Source: Paragordius varius (taxonomy: Eukaryota; Animalia; Nematomorpha). Taken from it: a DNA stretch of 64,000 nt. This document shows, piece by piece, positions 63,901 through 64,000 of the stretch. The stretch's first letter is position 1; every line of letters begins with the position of its first letter. The notes beneath the pieces were generated by a model. The model did not search any database and was not told the origin of the DNA. It was given only the letters and a program-made list of their open reading frames with translations. The stretch is from assembly GCA_964247055.1 (NCBI GenBank), contig OZ176054.1:10416001-10480000 (forward strand). The letters run 5' to 3'. Made by a program: the position numbers and the translations under genes.

Positions 63901-64000
63901 ATACATATGATAGATACTCCTTACTCAGCATCTATCATCAAAGAAACGCTTGACTAAAATTTTTGCCTTTTAACAGGGAATACGTGGAATCCATATAGAA
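60995..64000 (+). repeat. Young higher-order tandem array (A ~479 bp + B ~531 bp, dimer ~1010 bp), continues past window end
   Basis: Anchor TTTGTGGACT at 61021, 61501, 62031, 62509, 63041, 63519 (spacings 480, 530, 478, 532, 478); identical 63-aa ORF at 61637, 62647, 63655. Confidence 0.97.

Overview
Very AT-rich eukaryotic (metazoan, probably invertebrate) genomic DNA with spliceosomal introns. The species cannot be named from sequence alone. Genes: the last exons of a divergent kinesin-II accessory subunit KAP3/KIFAP3 (+, ends 2537); two exons of a small Cys-rich VWC/antistasin-like protein (-, 6609-7053); tRNA-Thr(AGT); a complete 18-exon HRS/HGS (Vps27) gene (-, 42541-59099, 863 aa); and an unrecognised ~23-kb gene (+, ~18629-41564) invisible to the ORF track. 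That gene is built of about 35 small exons (12-87 nt), all multiples of 3 and all phase 1, i.e. a micro-exon-gene-like cassette array. It has an expanding two-exon N-glycosylation module at its 5' end. The rest is dense in decayed mobile DNA: two full-length but dead hAT (Blackjack-like) transposons with intact 8-bp TSDs, one carrying an inverted, multiply deleted copy of the transposase (fold-back). There are also several MITE families (hAT, piggyBac-type, Tc1/pogo-type, and TATA-flanked elements with 21-bp modular arms), RTE retroposon fragments, a tRNA-derived SINE, and a young ABAB higher-order tandem array running off the right edge behind a Helentron-like terminus. All exon models were read by eye and need RNA-seq confirmation.
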